NCBI GenBank assembly: GCA_963741955.1
Contig: CAVUKB010000010.1
Coordinates: 352,001-416,000, forward strand
Direction: 5' to 3'
DNA from: an uncultured Acidobacteriota bacterium
GTDB taxonomy: Bacteria; Acidobacteriota; Thermoanaerobaculia; Gp7-AA8
DNA: 64,000 bases
Both the position numbers and the translations under genes were made by a program. Shown here piece by piece: positions 16,953 to 27,748 of the stretch (position 1 is the first letter of the stretch; each line of letters begins with the position of its first letter). The notes beneath the pieces are model-generated. The model saw only the letters and a list, made by a program, of their open reading frames with translations. It had not been told where the DNA came from and searched no databases.

Positions 16953-19652
16953 TCATGATCGACGTTCAGTGCGGCTCCTCAGCACGCGCCAGAGCACGAG
17001 CGCGCCCACGAGCGCGAGAGCGATCAGTGCGAGGAGTCCGAGTCGCCCGGCTGGAGTCGTCGGTTTGACGATCGCCAATCCTCTTCCCAGTGGACCGAGC
17101 TCGCGCACGGCAGCACTGGCGCTCTGCCCGGCAGCATTCACGACAGACACCTCGGCCGGGGTGCTCGGATCGGGATAGGTCACCTTCAGGAGAGATTCGG
17201 ACACGAACTGTACGGCCGGGGCCTCTGCGTCATCGAGAACGACGTGGCTGTCTCGCGAGAATCCCGACCCTTGAACTTCGAGAGTTCCCGACCTCGCTTC
17301 GGCCGACGCGATGACAGGCCCCCTGGGGCAGGTGGCGCAGCCGGCGATCTTTATAAACGTCCCTCGAACGCCCGAGAAGTTGATGGAGGGTTGCCATCGA
17401 GGCAGCAACGCACTCGAAAATCCGATGTATCCATTGCCGTCGGCGTCGATAGTGAAGGAGGGTTGAACCTCATCTGAACCCGACGCGGGACCCAGCGCCA
17501 TCGACCAGTCGGCCCTCGTGCCGAGCGAGTTCACTCGAGCCGCGAAATAGTTTCCCGGATCGTCGCCGCTTGACGGGGGGCCGCTGATGACTCCGCCGAC
17601 GGTCGGAAAATCGCGTGATGTCGTCGATCCGAAAAGGTAGACGTTCTGGTTTCGGTCGATCGAGATTTCTTCGACGGAATCCTCCCCTGATCCGCCCACG
17701 AGAGTGCACCAGCGAAGTTTCCACTCCCTCGGCTCGAATTTGCAGACGAAACCGTCGCTGACTCCGGACCGGACCGCTTTCCATCCGGCGGAGACGGCAG
17801 GAAAATTCGCGGAACCGGTTCCTCCGGCGGCGTAGATGTTGCCCGCTGAATCAAGCGCGATCGCGTCGATCCAGTCCCGGTCCCAGATCGGGTCGCCCAC
17901 TCCGCCGATGAGCGTCCAGCGCACGACCGAATCCGCCCCCTTTTTCCGAGGATCGAGCTCCAGGAGGTACGCGTCGGATGCGCCGCCGTGGAAGGCGGGA
18001 TCGACTCCCTTCCCCTGGGGGAGATCCTTTGGCGGGCCGAACGTCACTCCGCCGACGAGAATGCGGCCGTTTCGCATCTGCGCGATTGGACCGGGTGCAC
18101 TGCGAAGAAGCGTGGCATAAACAACTCGTGGCTGTTTCGCCTGGGGATCGACGACGACGATCCAGCCTGAGGAGTTGGAACGGTCCTTCCAGAACGCATT
18201 CGAGAGCATTGAAACGCCTGGTTCCGATATGCCGGATCCGAAATGGCCGGAGAGGAGAATCAGCCCATCCAGGCCGATCGCGATCCGGTTGGCCGAAACG
18301 CCACTGAGCACCGAAGATTCGACCAGATTGCCGGACGCTCCGAGCCTTGCGAGGAGGAGCCCCGCGCAGGCAGGGGAGCAAGGTCTGGTCAGAGGGAGCT
18401 CACCGCCGTGGGTGGAAGCTGCCACCAGGAGACTGCCGTCGGGTTGCGGAGAGAGCGCCATTGCGGGGCCGTTGCCGGCGGATCCACCAAGGATGGTGGT
18501 GTATTGGAGAACTCCGCTCCGGTCGAACTTTTCGACCACGACGTCGTCCTCGCTGCGCTCGTGAGAGTATCCGTCGTCGATCTTGAAGTCGTACAGCAGC
18601 CCGGGTGCGAACGTTTGGGACTGCGACGCGACGTAGATCCCTCCCTCGGAATCGACGGCGATCGCGCCCAGCCGTTCGGCGAGTGAGGGTTTCGGACTGG
18701 TCGCCGACGGCAACGGAGACGCAAACCTGGCAAGTCGAATGTCGATCTCGATTTCGCAGGAAGGATCAGGAGCTCCAAGATCGAAAGAGGCTGTTTGGGT
18801 TTGGAACGAGGTTTGATGCCATCGAATGTCCAGTGCTCCCGACGACTGATCACAGCGACGCGAACCGTGCGCGCTGGCGAAAGGGATGCCTCCCTCACCG
18901 TGCCTCCCATCGAGGAGACGACCGTCCGCGTCGACGGTCACCGTGTCGGAAAAACCGATCGCGACTCTTGACGGGTCTGTACCGCGAGGGATGATCACTC
19001 GCAACTGGTCTTGAACCCCGCCGAGAGTCAGGACACCTTCGATCCCGCTCGTGGGTTCACGCAGGTGGACCGAATCAAATACGGGTTGATCGGTCCTCCA
19101 CTCTTCCCGATTCTTCCCGATATAGACGTTCAACCGGCGGACGGAGCGCTGCACCTCTTCGGGTGCAGGTGGCTGGGCGACCGCCAGGGGAGGAGGCATG
19201 TCGGGTCGGTCGGGCCGATAAGCCAGGGAGACAACGCGGGGAAGAGATGTAAGGGCCGGAGCACTCCAGGGAAACCGGGGACCAGAAATTTCGTCTGTGG
19301 TGACCAGAGGCTGCACCGCGATTATCGATTTTCCTTCGCCCTGGAAGAACCAAATCGGCTCGGGAATCGCTGCGATTCGGCAGCTCGTCGAGGATTCACC
19401 TCCGAACCGGTAGGAAAAAGGGACAGTGGTAGGGATGTCGACCGGGAGTGCCGCGGCACGCGGTGGCGGTGCGTCGGGAGGCACGTCCACGGGCTTGCTG
19501 ACGGGAGTCGTTCCGCCATTGTCGATATGGACGCGTCCCTGTGCATCTCGCGTCACGGTAGTGCCAGTTTGCGCAGAGGAGGCCGACGCGGTCAGCAGAA
19601 TCAGAGAGCTCAATGCGACGATCGCGACGCGGAACCGTTTCGTTGCATTCAT
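16953..19652 (-). CDS. Secreted SBBP/beta-propeller repeat surface protein with Ig-like domain and C-terminal membrane anchor
   Basis: Signal peptide from MNATKRF; IAVDSEGGIYVA, IALDSAGNIYAAGGTGSANFP and GSTTSRDFP repeats; terminal TM helix plus basic tail. Confidence 0.75.
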   Translation of the reverse strand: MNATKRFRVAIVALSSLILLTASASSAQTGTTVTRDAQGRVHIDNGGTTPVSKPVDVPPDAPPPRAAALPVDIPTTVPFSYRFGGESSTSCRIAAIPEPIWFFQGEGKSIIAVQPLVTTDEISGPRFPWSAPALTSLPRVVSLAYRPDRPDMPPPLAVAQPPAPEEVQRSVRRLNVYIGKNREEWRTDQPVFDSVHLREPTSGIEGVLTLGGVQDQLRVIIPRGTDPSRVAIGFSDTVTVDADGRLLDGRHGEGGIPFASAHGSRRCDQSSGALDIRWHQTSFQTQTASFDLGAPDPSCEIEIDIRLARFASPLPSATSPKPSLAERLGAIAVDSEGGIYVASQSQTFAPGLLYDFKIDDGYSHERSEDDVVVEKFDRSGVLQYTTILGGSAGNGPAMALSPQPDGSLLVAASTHGGELPLTRPCSPACAGLLLARLGASGNLVESSVLSGVSANRIAIGLDGLILLSGHFGSGISEPGVSMLSNAFWKDRSNSSGWIVVVDPQAKQPRVVYATLLRSAPGPIAQMRNGRILVGGVTFGPPKDLPQGKGVDPAFHGGASDAYLLELDPRKKGADSVVRWTLIGGVGDPIWDRDWIDAIALDSAGNIYAAGGTGSANFPAVSAGWKAVRSGVSDGFVCKFEPREWKLRWCTLVGGSGEDSVEEISIDRNQNVYLFGSTTSRDFPTVGGVISGPPSSGDDPGNYFAARVNSLGTRADWSMALGPASGSDEVQPSFTIDADGNGYIGFSSALLPRWQPSINFSGVRGTFIKIAGCATCPRGPVIASAEARSGTLEVQGSGFSRDSHVVLDDAEAPAVQFVSESLLKVTYPDPSTPAEVSVVNAAGQSASAAVRELGPLGRGLAIVKPTTPAGRLGLLALIALALVGALVLWRVLRSRTERRS

Positions 19653-19877
19653 AGAATTCACCGGTTGGATCGCGAGTCGTTGCGGACGACCCGAATCTCT
19701 TTCAGTGGGACACTCGGGCAAGAGAGGGTTCACGAATCTTTGCCGAATCATCATATCGGACTGTTGTACCGAGTGTGACCAATGAATCGCGAAGAAGGCT
19801 GGAGCGGCCCGGAAGGAGAGTGAGAGATCGGGTCCGCGAGAATAGAGGCGCTCCACATCGGTCGTCCCGACGCTGAG

Positions 19878-20795
19878 CTACTCCGGTGGCGGCGTCTTCT
19901 CCCGAAGATCTCTGGTCCAATCGCGCGTGCGCCATTGGAAGAGAGAAGTGCCTTCGGTTTCTGCGCCGCTCTCGAGCTCCTCCCGCTGCCGGCGCACGAA
20001 GCCGCGGAAACGCGCGAGGTACCGCCTGCTGCCGAACGACGCGGGATCCAGGTCGATCGCCTGCGCAATCAGGTCCAGATCGTGAAGCTCGCCGAGGGTG
20101 CGGGAGAGCTGCTTCATTGCACGCGCGCGGTCTTCGAGTGATGCGAAGCCGCTCTCGTCGAGAAATCGTGCGTGGTACCAGTGGATCTTGGCGACCTTCC
20201 TCCACTGATGAAAGCTCTCCGGAGTCCGCTCCTCGAGCGCGCGGCGCATCGCGCGGCGAGAGGAGCGGTAACTGCGGACGATTGCCTTCTCTAGATCGCG
20301 GCGGTTCATGTGGTCGACCGGCCAGGCTGCGACCCTCAATCGTTCCGCAGTCAGTTCGTGCTTCCATCGGGCCGTGGTCTCGCCGTCGATGCCGGTGGTG
20401 ACGTGGCTCACCAGGACTCGCCGGATTTTGGTGAACTCTCGTGCGGTCCACTCGTCGCGGAATCGCTCCCGCAGCCGGTCGATCGTCTCGACTCTCGCTT
20501 TCGCGTCGCGCGCGGCTGCCAGCTCGCGGCCCGCATCCCGAAACAGAGTCCAGTCCTGTCGACCTTTCCTGGGGAGAGCCCGGCGGAGCAGGTCGGTGAT
20601 CCCTCGAAGCTCTTTGAGGCGGCGCCGGACTTCGTGAACCATGACGTCGGGATCCGCTTCGTCCGATCCCAGATGCGCGATCGCGTCGTCGATCAGCTCG
20701 AGAGCCTTCCGGCGCAGGAGCTGCGGCGCGAATTCGCCGTCGTCCCTGGTGAAATCGAGGACCACCGATTCCGAGCTCGGGTCGGGCGTGCTCAC
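19878..20795 (-). CDS. CHAD domain (polyphosphate-binding) protein
   Basis: VHEVRRRLKELR, ARD, FHQWRKVAK, LGELHDL motifs; next to ppx. Confidence 0.88.
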   Translation of the reverse strand: MSTPDPSSESVVLDFTRDDGEFAPQLLRRKALELIDDAIAHLGSDEADPDVMVHEVRRRLKELRGITDLLRRALPRKGRQDWTLFRDAGRELAAARDAKARVETIDRLRERFRDEWTAREFTKIRRVLVSHVTTGIDGETTARWKHELTAERLRVAAWPVDHMNRRDLEKAIVRSYRSSRRAMRRALEERTPESFHQWRKVAKIHWYHARFLDESGFASLEDRARAMKQLSRTLGELHDLDLIAQAIDLDPASFGSRRYLARFRGFVRRQREELESGAETEGTSLFQWRTRDWTRDLREKTPPPE

Positions 20796-20939
20796 TTCGT
20801 TTCGTCTCCGGTGTGAGAATACTCTCGACCGGAGCCAAGGGGGAATCCCGCGGAAGATCCGCCTCCCGAGGTGCTTTCCATCGAATTTGCATATTCCGGA
20901 TGCCGAGGTCGCCGGTGCGACTTAAGTGTGTGAGGACAA

Positions 20940-22446
20940 ATGGGGAATGCATCCCGTCACATCGCGGCGATCGACGTCGGAACGAACTCGATCCACATGG
21001 TCGTGGCCGAGGTCCGTGGACGGACCTATCGGGTGGTGGACAAGGAGAAGGCGACGGTCCAGCTGGGACTGAGCAGCCTCGACGGAGCGCCACTCAGCGA
21101 TGCTGCGATGGAGAGGGGAGTTGCCGCCATCGTGCACATGGCGGAGGTCGCCCGCGGCTGGAATGCGAAGGAGGTCGTCGCCGTGGCGACCAGCGCGGTG
21201 CGGGAGGCACCGAACCGGCGAGAGTTTCTTCGGCGGGTTCGGGATGCCGCGGAAATCCGGATCCGGGTGATCTCCGGCGAAGAAGAGGCGGACTACATCT
21301 ATCGCGCGGTCCGCTCGGCGGTCGGTCTCGAAAGCGCGACCGTGCTCTGCGTCGACATCGGCGGCGGAAGCGTCGAGTTCATCATCGGCACCGGGAGCGA
21401 GATCTACTTCACCGCCAGCGAACCGCTCGGTTCGTTGCGGCTCTCACAGCGTTTCGAGTTGCAGGATCTCGCGACCGCGGAATCAATCGATTCCTCTCGC
21501 CGATTCGCCGCGGATCAGCTCCGGAAGGTCCAGAAGAAGGTTCGCGCCATCGGGGTCGATCGCTGCATCGGAACTTCGGGAACCATCCAGACCCTTGCAG
21601 CGCTCGCGGCCGGGGAGAAATCGAGCTCGAACCGGACGCTCTCGTTCGAAGCGCTCGGAGCCGTGATGTCGCGATTCGTCGGGACGAGCGCGCGCGAACG
21701 TGCGGAAAAGTTCGACATGGACGAGAAGCGTGCGGCCACGATCGTCGCCGGCGGCGCGGTGCTCATGGCGACGATGGAGCTCCTCGGGGTCGAGTCTCTC
21801 ATTCCATCCAACGTCGGGATCCGGGAGGGTCTGATCGAAGCACAGATCGCGCGACGGCCGGCGTCGAAGGACGGCTCTTCGCTGAGACGGTCGGCGTCGA
21901 TCGCGTTCGCGGAGAGAAGTGACTGTGACATGCGCCATTCGCGGCACGTGGCGCGGCTCGCATCGCGTATCTTCGACCAGACGACGGATCTGCATGATCT
22001 GCCCCCGAGTCGCGCGAGCTTCTGGAAATGCCGCTCTCCTCCACGAGGTCGGCCTGCACGTGAGCGACCGCGGGTACCACAAACATTCCTACTACCTGAT
22101 CCGTCATGCGGCACTTCGCGGGTTCAGCGAGGAGCAGCTGATCGTGGTGGCGAACGTTGCGCGCTACCACCGCAAGGCGAAACCGAAAGAGGGTCACGAG
22201 AATCTCCAGGAGCTCGCCGGGAGACGGTCCGACGTGGAGAAACTCTCGGCGATTCTCCGCATCGCGGAAGCGCTGGACCGAAGCCACCGTCAGGCGGTAC
22301 GCGACGTCGCGGTCCGGTCCAACGGCGACGTGAAGTTCCTCGTGCGGGCGCGCACGGACGCCTCGGTGGAAATCGCCGCGGCAGCCAAACGCGCGCGCTA
22401 CTTTTCGAATCTTTTCGACCGCAAGGTGCGGTTCAGGAGTATTTGA
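20940..22446 (+). CDS. ppx: Ppx/GppA exopolyphosphatase with C-terminal HD domain; apparent frameshift(s) near 22005-22030
   Basis: AAIDVGTNSIH, ATSAVREA, DIGGGSVE, GIREG; HD region AALLHEVG...HKHSYYLI continues in another frame to 22446. Confidence 0.85.
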
Positions 22447-22455
22447 GGTGAAGCG

Positions 22456-22932
22456 ATGCTGATCGTGTTGTTCCGGCATGGAATCGCGGAGAAGAAGGAC
22501 GGCGAGAAACCGGACGAAGAGCGCCGTCTGACGGACGAAGGACACCGGAAGATGAAGCGGATCTCCAAGCGGGTGGCGAAGATGATTCCCGATGCGGACG
22601 CCATCTACAGCAGCCCGCTCCTCCGAGCCTGGGAGACCGCCGAGTGGCTGCAGAAGAGATACGAGCGAAAGCTCGAGATTCAGTCGGCGGATGCGCTCGA
22701 GCCGGGGCGCGATCCGGAGGAGTTCCGGGCCCTGCTCCGTCGGAGCTCTTCGTCCTGCGCGTTTTTCGTCGGGCACGAGCCGCATCTCTCGTCGCTGATG
22801 CTGGCGCTGACGAAGATGCATCCCGAGTCGGAAGTCGCTTTGAAGAAGGGTGGGTGTTACGGGCTGGAGATGGACGGTCCGGACGACGTAGCACGGCTAC
22901 GGTTCATGCTCGAACCGGCGTTGCTCGAATGA
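22456..22932 (+). CDS. sixA: Phosphohistidine phosphatase SixA
   Basis: LFRHG, RRLTDEG, SSPLLRA.ETA, VGHEP. Confidence 0.88.
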   Translation: MLIVLFRHGIAEKKDGEKPDEERRLTDEGHRKMKRISKRVAKMIPDADAIYSSPLLRAWETAEWLQKRYERKLEIQSADALEPGRDPEEFRALLRRSSSSCAFFVGHEPHLSSLMLALTKMHPESEVALKKGGCYGLEMDGPDDVARLRFMLEPALLE

Positions 22933-22976
22933 CGACCCCGCCGTCTGCATCGACTTTTGGTGTGCTGCAGGAGCTC

Positions 22977-25181
22977 CTATTTCTTTTTCTTTTTCGCCTT
23001 GCGCCGGAACGGTCCTGCCTTCTGGAGAATCTCGTCGTACGGACCCACTGAGATTGCTTCGGCCCGTGCGATGGCGATGAACGCCTCCTGGCTTCGCACC
23101 GGCTGACTGGCCGGATCGCGCCGGTGGTACACGCCTTCGGAGTCGAGCTCCCATCCCTTCAGGTTGTCCGCGAGAACGACCGGGAGGATCTGCCTGTCGA
23201 TGCGGGTCTTGAGAACCTCCGAATGCACCGGGAAGGTGACCTCGATCCGGCGGAAGAAGTTGCGGGGCATCCAGTCTCCGCTCGAGATCCAGAACTCCGG
23301 ATCGCCGCCGTTCTCGAATCGGAAGAGGCGGGAGTGCTCCAGAAAGCGGTCGATCACCGAGGTGACTACGATGTTCTCGCTCAGCGAAGGGACGCCGGGG
23401 ACGAGACAGCAGATCCCGCGCACGGCGAGGCGGATCTGCACGCCCGCGCAGCTCGCGGCATAGAGCGCGCGGATCACCTCCGGCTCCACGAGCGCATTCA
23501 TCTTTGCGACGATGCCCGACGGGTTCCCATTCTCCGCCGCCCGCCGCTCACGCTCGATCATCGAAAGAACCCAGCGATGGTAGTCCGTCGGAGCGACGAC
23601 CATCTTCTGCCACGTGAACGGAGAGCCCTGATCCGCGATGAGCTCCTGCACTCCGGCTGCGCTGAATCCCGTCACCAGGTTCATCACCTGCGCCGCGTCG
23701 GCGGTGAGCGCCTCGTCGGTGGTGAATAGATCGAGGTCGGTGTAGAGGCGGCCGGTGAGCGCGTTGTAATTCCCGGTGGAGAGGTGCGCGTAGCGGCGCA
23801 GCTCGTCCCCCTCCCTCCGCACGACCAGGCAGATCTTGCAGTGTGTCTTGATGCCGACCAGGCCGTACACGACCTGCACTCCGGCCTGTTCGAGTCTGCG
23901 GGCCCAGGTGATGTTTTTCTGTTCGTCGAACCGCGCCTGCAGCTCGACCACCGCAGTGACCTGCTTCCCGTGCTCGGCGGCACGCGCGAGCGATTCCAGC
24001 ACCAGAGAACCGGGATCGGTCCGGTAGAGGGTCTGTTTGATCGCCACCACGTCGGGATCCTCGGCGGCGCTCATCACGAAGTCGATTACCGCAGCGAACG
24101 AATCGTAGGGGCGGTGCAGGAGGACGTCGCCGCTGCGGATGATGGCGAAGATGTCTTCGCTCGTCGCCAGCCGGGCCGGAATGCGTGGGTTGAACGGAGG
24201 ATCCTTCAGCTGCGGCGCCGTCACCGCGTCGTACAACGGCATCAGCTCGTCGAGTTTCAGTGGGCCGGGAGCGAAGTAGACGTCCTCGCGTGCCGCCCCG
24301 GTACTGTTGAGGATCAGCTCGAGGACGCGCTCGTCGGATCCTTCACCCACTTCGAGCCATACCACCTCGCTCCTCTCGCGTCGTCGAAGCTCGCTCTCCA
24401 TGCTCTTCAGCAGATCCTGGACGTCCTCCTCCTTGATCGAGAAATCGGAGTTTCGGATGACGCGGAACACTGCGGACTTCTTCAGGCGAAGTCCGGGGAA
24501 AAAGCGCTCGATGTGAGACGTGATCACGTCTTCCAGGAGGACGAAACGGTTCTTCTCCCCATACTGAACGAGTCGTGGCGAAGGTTCGGGAATCTTCACC
24601 ACGACGGTGTGCCGCTCGCCGCGATGCGATTCGAGCCGCAGTGCGAGGTTGAGTGAGCGGTTCGCGAGGAGAGGGAATGGATGTCCGGGGTCGATCGCCA
24701 GGGGTGTGAGGATCGGCTCGAGATGACGAGTGAAGTATTCTTCGAGCGCGGCTCTTCCTTTCTTTCCGAGGTCCTCGATGCGCTCGATGCGGATCCCTTC
24801 CTTCTCCAGCGATCCGAGGAGGTCCTTTCCGAGGCATTCGTACATCGCGTCGAGAAGACGCCTCACGCGCTTGCGGATCGTGTCGAGCTTTTCCGCGTAT
24901 CGAGCGGTCGGGCCGGCGCCGGCGGCGATCACGTCACGCACTTCGCCGACCCGGACCATCAGGAACTCGTCGAGATTGTGCGCGCAGATCGAGAGGAACT
25001 TCAGTCGTTCGAGAAGAGGGACGTCCGGATTCTGGGCTTCGCCGAGCACACGCCGGTCGAACTCGATCCAGCTGAGCTCGCGATCGAACAGAGGAATCTC
25101 CTCGGGAGCCGCAGCCGCCTTTTTCGAAGCGGAGGGCTCGTCCGGATGGAGGATTGCGAAGTCTTCGGTCGGAACGGACAT
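22977..25181 (-). CDS. ppk1: Polyphosphate kinase 1
   Basis: RELSWIEFDRRVL, NLDEF, HPFP, IKQTLYR, ARFDE, STGNYN, RFLEHSR, DWMPRN. Confidence 0.95.
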   Translation of the reverse strand: MSVPTEDFAILHPDEPSASKKAAAAPEEIPLFDRELSWIEFDRRVLGEAQNPDVPLLERLKFLSICAHNLDEFLMVRVGEVRDVIAAGAGPTARYAEKLDTIRKRVRRLLDAMYECLGKDLLGSLEKEGIRIERIEDLGKKGRAALEEYFTRHLEPILTPLAIDPGHPFPLLANRSLNLALRLESHRGERHTVVVKIPEPSPRLVQYGEKNRFVLLEDVITSHIERFFPGLRLKKSAVFRVIRNSDFSIKEEDVQDLLKSMESELRRRERSEVVWLEVGEGSDERVLELILNSTGAAREDVYFAPGPLKLDELMPLYDAVTAPQLKDPPFNPRIPARLATSEDIFAIIRSGDVLLHRPYDSFAAVIDFVMSAAEDPDVVAIKQTLYRTDPGSLVLESLARAAEHGKQVTAVVELQARFDEQKNITWARRLEQAGVQVVYGLVGIKTHCKICLVVRREGDELRRYAHLSTGNYNALTGRLYTDLDLFTTDEALTADAAQVMNLVTGFSAAGVQELIADQGSPFTWQKMVVAPTDYHRWVLSMIERERRAAENGNPSGIVAKMNALVEPEVIRALYAASCAGVQIRLAVRGICCLVPGVPSLSENIVVTSVIDRFLEHSRLFRFENGGDPEFWISSGDWMPRNFFRRIEVTFPVHSEVLKTRIDRQILPVVLADNLKGWELDSEGVYHRRDPASQPVRSQEAFIAIARAEAISVGPYDEILQKAGPFRRKAKKKKK

Positions 25182-25331
25182 CAGCCAGCGGGCCGCATCC
25201 GGATGGCCGGAGCGACCTCCCTTTCACTCGAGAGAATTCAGTGAGATTCTACGTCCGTTCCGCCGGGAAAGCTCAGATCTGCCCCTCGTTCGATCTTCCG
25301 GACCCGATCCCGCGTGGATGTTCGTTTCGCG

Positions 25332-26639
25332 TCAGCCGGCTGCCGGAATCCCGAAAACCGCCACGGCCGACGTCGCGATTGCCGCCAGTGAGCCGACCAC
25401 GATGATCCGGACTCTCCCTTCCGCATCTCTCCGCTCGACTGCGACGAGGACGGCGACCAGGCATTGGAAGGCGTAGAAGACGGCGAAGGCCCGCGAGGCG
25501 TAACTGAGGATCTGAAGAACGTCAGTCGACCAGGCGAGGGCGACCGTCCCTGCGCCGATCAGAACGTATGGAATGCGACTGGAGACCCGACCCCTGAAGA
25601 TCGTCTTCAGAAGGCCCGAGCATCCGGCATCGTCGGCGACGGCGGCGGAGAACTGGCTCACGCCCGCGGCGATCACGATGAGAAGCGGGAGGATTGCCGC
25701 GACCGGTCCGACCAGGTGGACGATCTCGGTCACGCTCGCCCGGGGCGGTGCGCCGGGGTGAAAGAGAAGAAGAGCCAGAGTGGTGAAGAGAAGATAGATT
25801 CCCGCCGAGATCAGCTGAGCGATCCGCATCGTCCGCACACGCTGTTCCGGCGAATGAGTGGCGCCGAGGAACCTGCTCGTCTCGAACCCCTGCACCACGA
25901 TCAGGAGTCCCATCAGATCCCGGAGAGAACGAAGGGGCGACTCCGACGGCTGGATGGCGGGAAGGTGCCAGGTTCCGGCGGAAAGCGCATGCACGTGGAA
26001 GATGGCCAGCGCCGCGAGGAGCGCGGCGATCATTCCGAGATTCAATGCGACCGCGTAACGTTCGACGCCCTCGAGCGCGCGGAGGCCCCGCCACAGGCCG
26101 ACCGAAGTGATCACCACGAGAAGCGCAGTCGTGAACGTTTTCGAGGCGAAGGGACTTTGCCATCGGAATGCGTCGAGAACGAATGCGCTCAGGAGGCTGA
26201 GGTAGTAAGTGACGGATACGAGGTACGCCCCCGCGAGGATGACGTGCGAAGCTCGCTCGATGTCGGTCGCCAGGGATCTGTCGCGACGGGCCCAGAGACC
26301 TTCGGTCGCGAGCGCGTGGCCGTGCGTCGCGGTGTGCTCTCCCGCTTCCCGCGGCCGTTCGCCGACCACGACCTCGGTGTATCGGATGTTGAACCGGATC
26401 ACCGAGCCCACCGCGTATGCGACGACGAGGAGAGCGGCCATCGCGAGAGGGGCATACAGCCCCGCCGCGCCCACCAGCAGCGGTGCGGAAACGAGAAACC
26501 CGCTCCCCATGATCGAGGCGAGCGGAGTGGTGGTCGCCGTCCATGCGCGCGAGCGGCGAAGGGAAGGGAGAAACGCGAGAACCCCCGCCGTGCCGAGGGT
26601 GATCGTAAGGACCAGAACGTCCGTCGCGCCGAATTGCAT
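25332..26639 (-). CDS. APC-superfamily-like membrane transporter
   Basis: About 12 TM segments, TPLASIMGSGFL and VQGFE motifs. Confidence 0.65.
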   Translation of the reverse strand: MQFGATDVLVLTITLGTAGVLAFLPSLRRSRAWTATTTPLASIMGSGFLVSAPLLVGAAGLYAPLAMAALLVVAYAVGSVIRFNIRYTEVVVGERPREAGEHTATHGHALATEGLWARRDRSLATDIERASHVILAGAYLVSVTYYLSLLSAFVLDAFRWQSPFASKTFTTALLVVITSVGLWRGLRALEGVERYAVALNLGMIAALLAALAIFHVHALSAGTWHLPAIQPSESPLRSLRDLMGLLIVVQGFETSRFLGATHSPEQRVRTMRIAQLISAGIYLLFTTLALLLFHPGAPPRASVTEIVHLVGPVAAILPLLIVIAAGVSQFSAAVADDAGCSGLLKTIFRGRVSSRIPYVLIGAGTVALAWSTDVLQILSYASRAFAVFYAFQCLVAVLVAVERRDAEGRVRIIVVGSLAAIATSAVAVFGIPAAG

Positions 26640-26802
26640 TGCGGGAAGGATATCGGATCGGAGCGATCGGGGTCGGCATCAGGGGAGCGGAAGCGCGAAT
26701 TTCACCATCCACCGCCTGGGAGGTGCGGCGGGTTCGTTCCGGGACGTGGTCGTCGGTAGGGCTCGATCGGAACAGCCTTCCGGGAACGAGACTCTTCGCA
26801 GC

Positions 26803-27564
26803 CTACTGCGCGAGATAGCCGCCGTCGATCGGATAGTACGATCCGGTGACGAACGACGACTTTCCGCACGAGAGCCAGAGGACGAGCTCCGCGACTTCTT
26901 CGGGCTTGCCGAGGCGGCCGATCGGATGAGCGGCGGTGAGCTTCGCGAGCGTGTCGCGGTCGTTCTCGAGAGCTGCGATGAGAGGCGTGTGAATGAATGC
27001 CGGGCCGACGGAGTTGACCCGGATGCCGCGTGTCGCGTACTCGAGTGCGGCGTTCTTCGTCAGTCCCACCAGGCCGTGTTTCGCGCTGACGTACGCCGAG
27101 GCGGTGGGAAAGCCGACCTCTCCGAGGATCGAAGCCATGTTCACGATCGCGCCGCCGTGTTCGAGCATGGCCGGAATCTCGTACCTCATGCAGTAGAACG
27201 CGCCGGAGAGATTGATGGCGATGACCCGGTCCCATCCTTCGATCGAGAGGTCGCCGACCAGGTTCGACTCGCCGCCGATTCCGGCGTTGTTGCAGGCGAC
27301 GTCGAGTCCCCCGAGCTCGTCGACCGTGCGCCGTACGAGCGCCTGGCACTCCGCAGCCACGGAGATGTCGGCGTGGACGTAGATCGCTTTCGCTCCGTTT
27401 GCGCGGAGCTCGTCCGCGAACCGCTCGCCGTCCGCGTCGGCGACATCCGAAACGGCGACGCGGGCGCCTTCACGGGCATAGATCTCGGCGATGGCGCGTC
27501 CGATGCCGGACGCGGCGCCGGTGACCAGTGCGACTTTTCCTTCGAGGATTTTCTTTTCAGACAT
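26803..27564 (-). CDS. Short-chain dehydrogenase/reductase
   Basis: TGAASGIG, NNAG, YVSAK, VNSVGP; start MSEKK at 27564. Confidence 0.92.
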   Translation of the reverse strand: MSEKKILEGKVALVTGAASGIGRAIAEIYAREGARVAVSDVADADGERFADELRANGAKAIYVHADISVAAECQALVRRTVDELGGLDVACNNAGIGGESNLVGDLSIEGWDRVIAINLSGAFYCMRYEIPAMLEHGGAIVNMASILGEVGFPTASAYVSAKHGLVGLTKNAALEYATRGIRVNSVGPAFIHTPLIAALENDRDTLAKLTAAHPIGRLGKPEEVAELVLWLSCGKSSFVTGSYYPIDGGYLAQ

Positions 27565-27748
27565 GTTCGACCTCCATCCACGGATCGTGCCGGAGCGTAT
27601 GGGTCGCCACGGTTTGCTCCCATGACATCTTGCCTCGAAGAGCGACGTGGGAGATAGATGCAGCTGCACCAGGCCGCAAGCGATGGTGTGCGCAGGGTGA
27701 GCGCCAATCGCCGGTCTCTTCTATTCAGGCATCATCTCGGCCCGTTTG

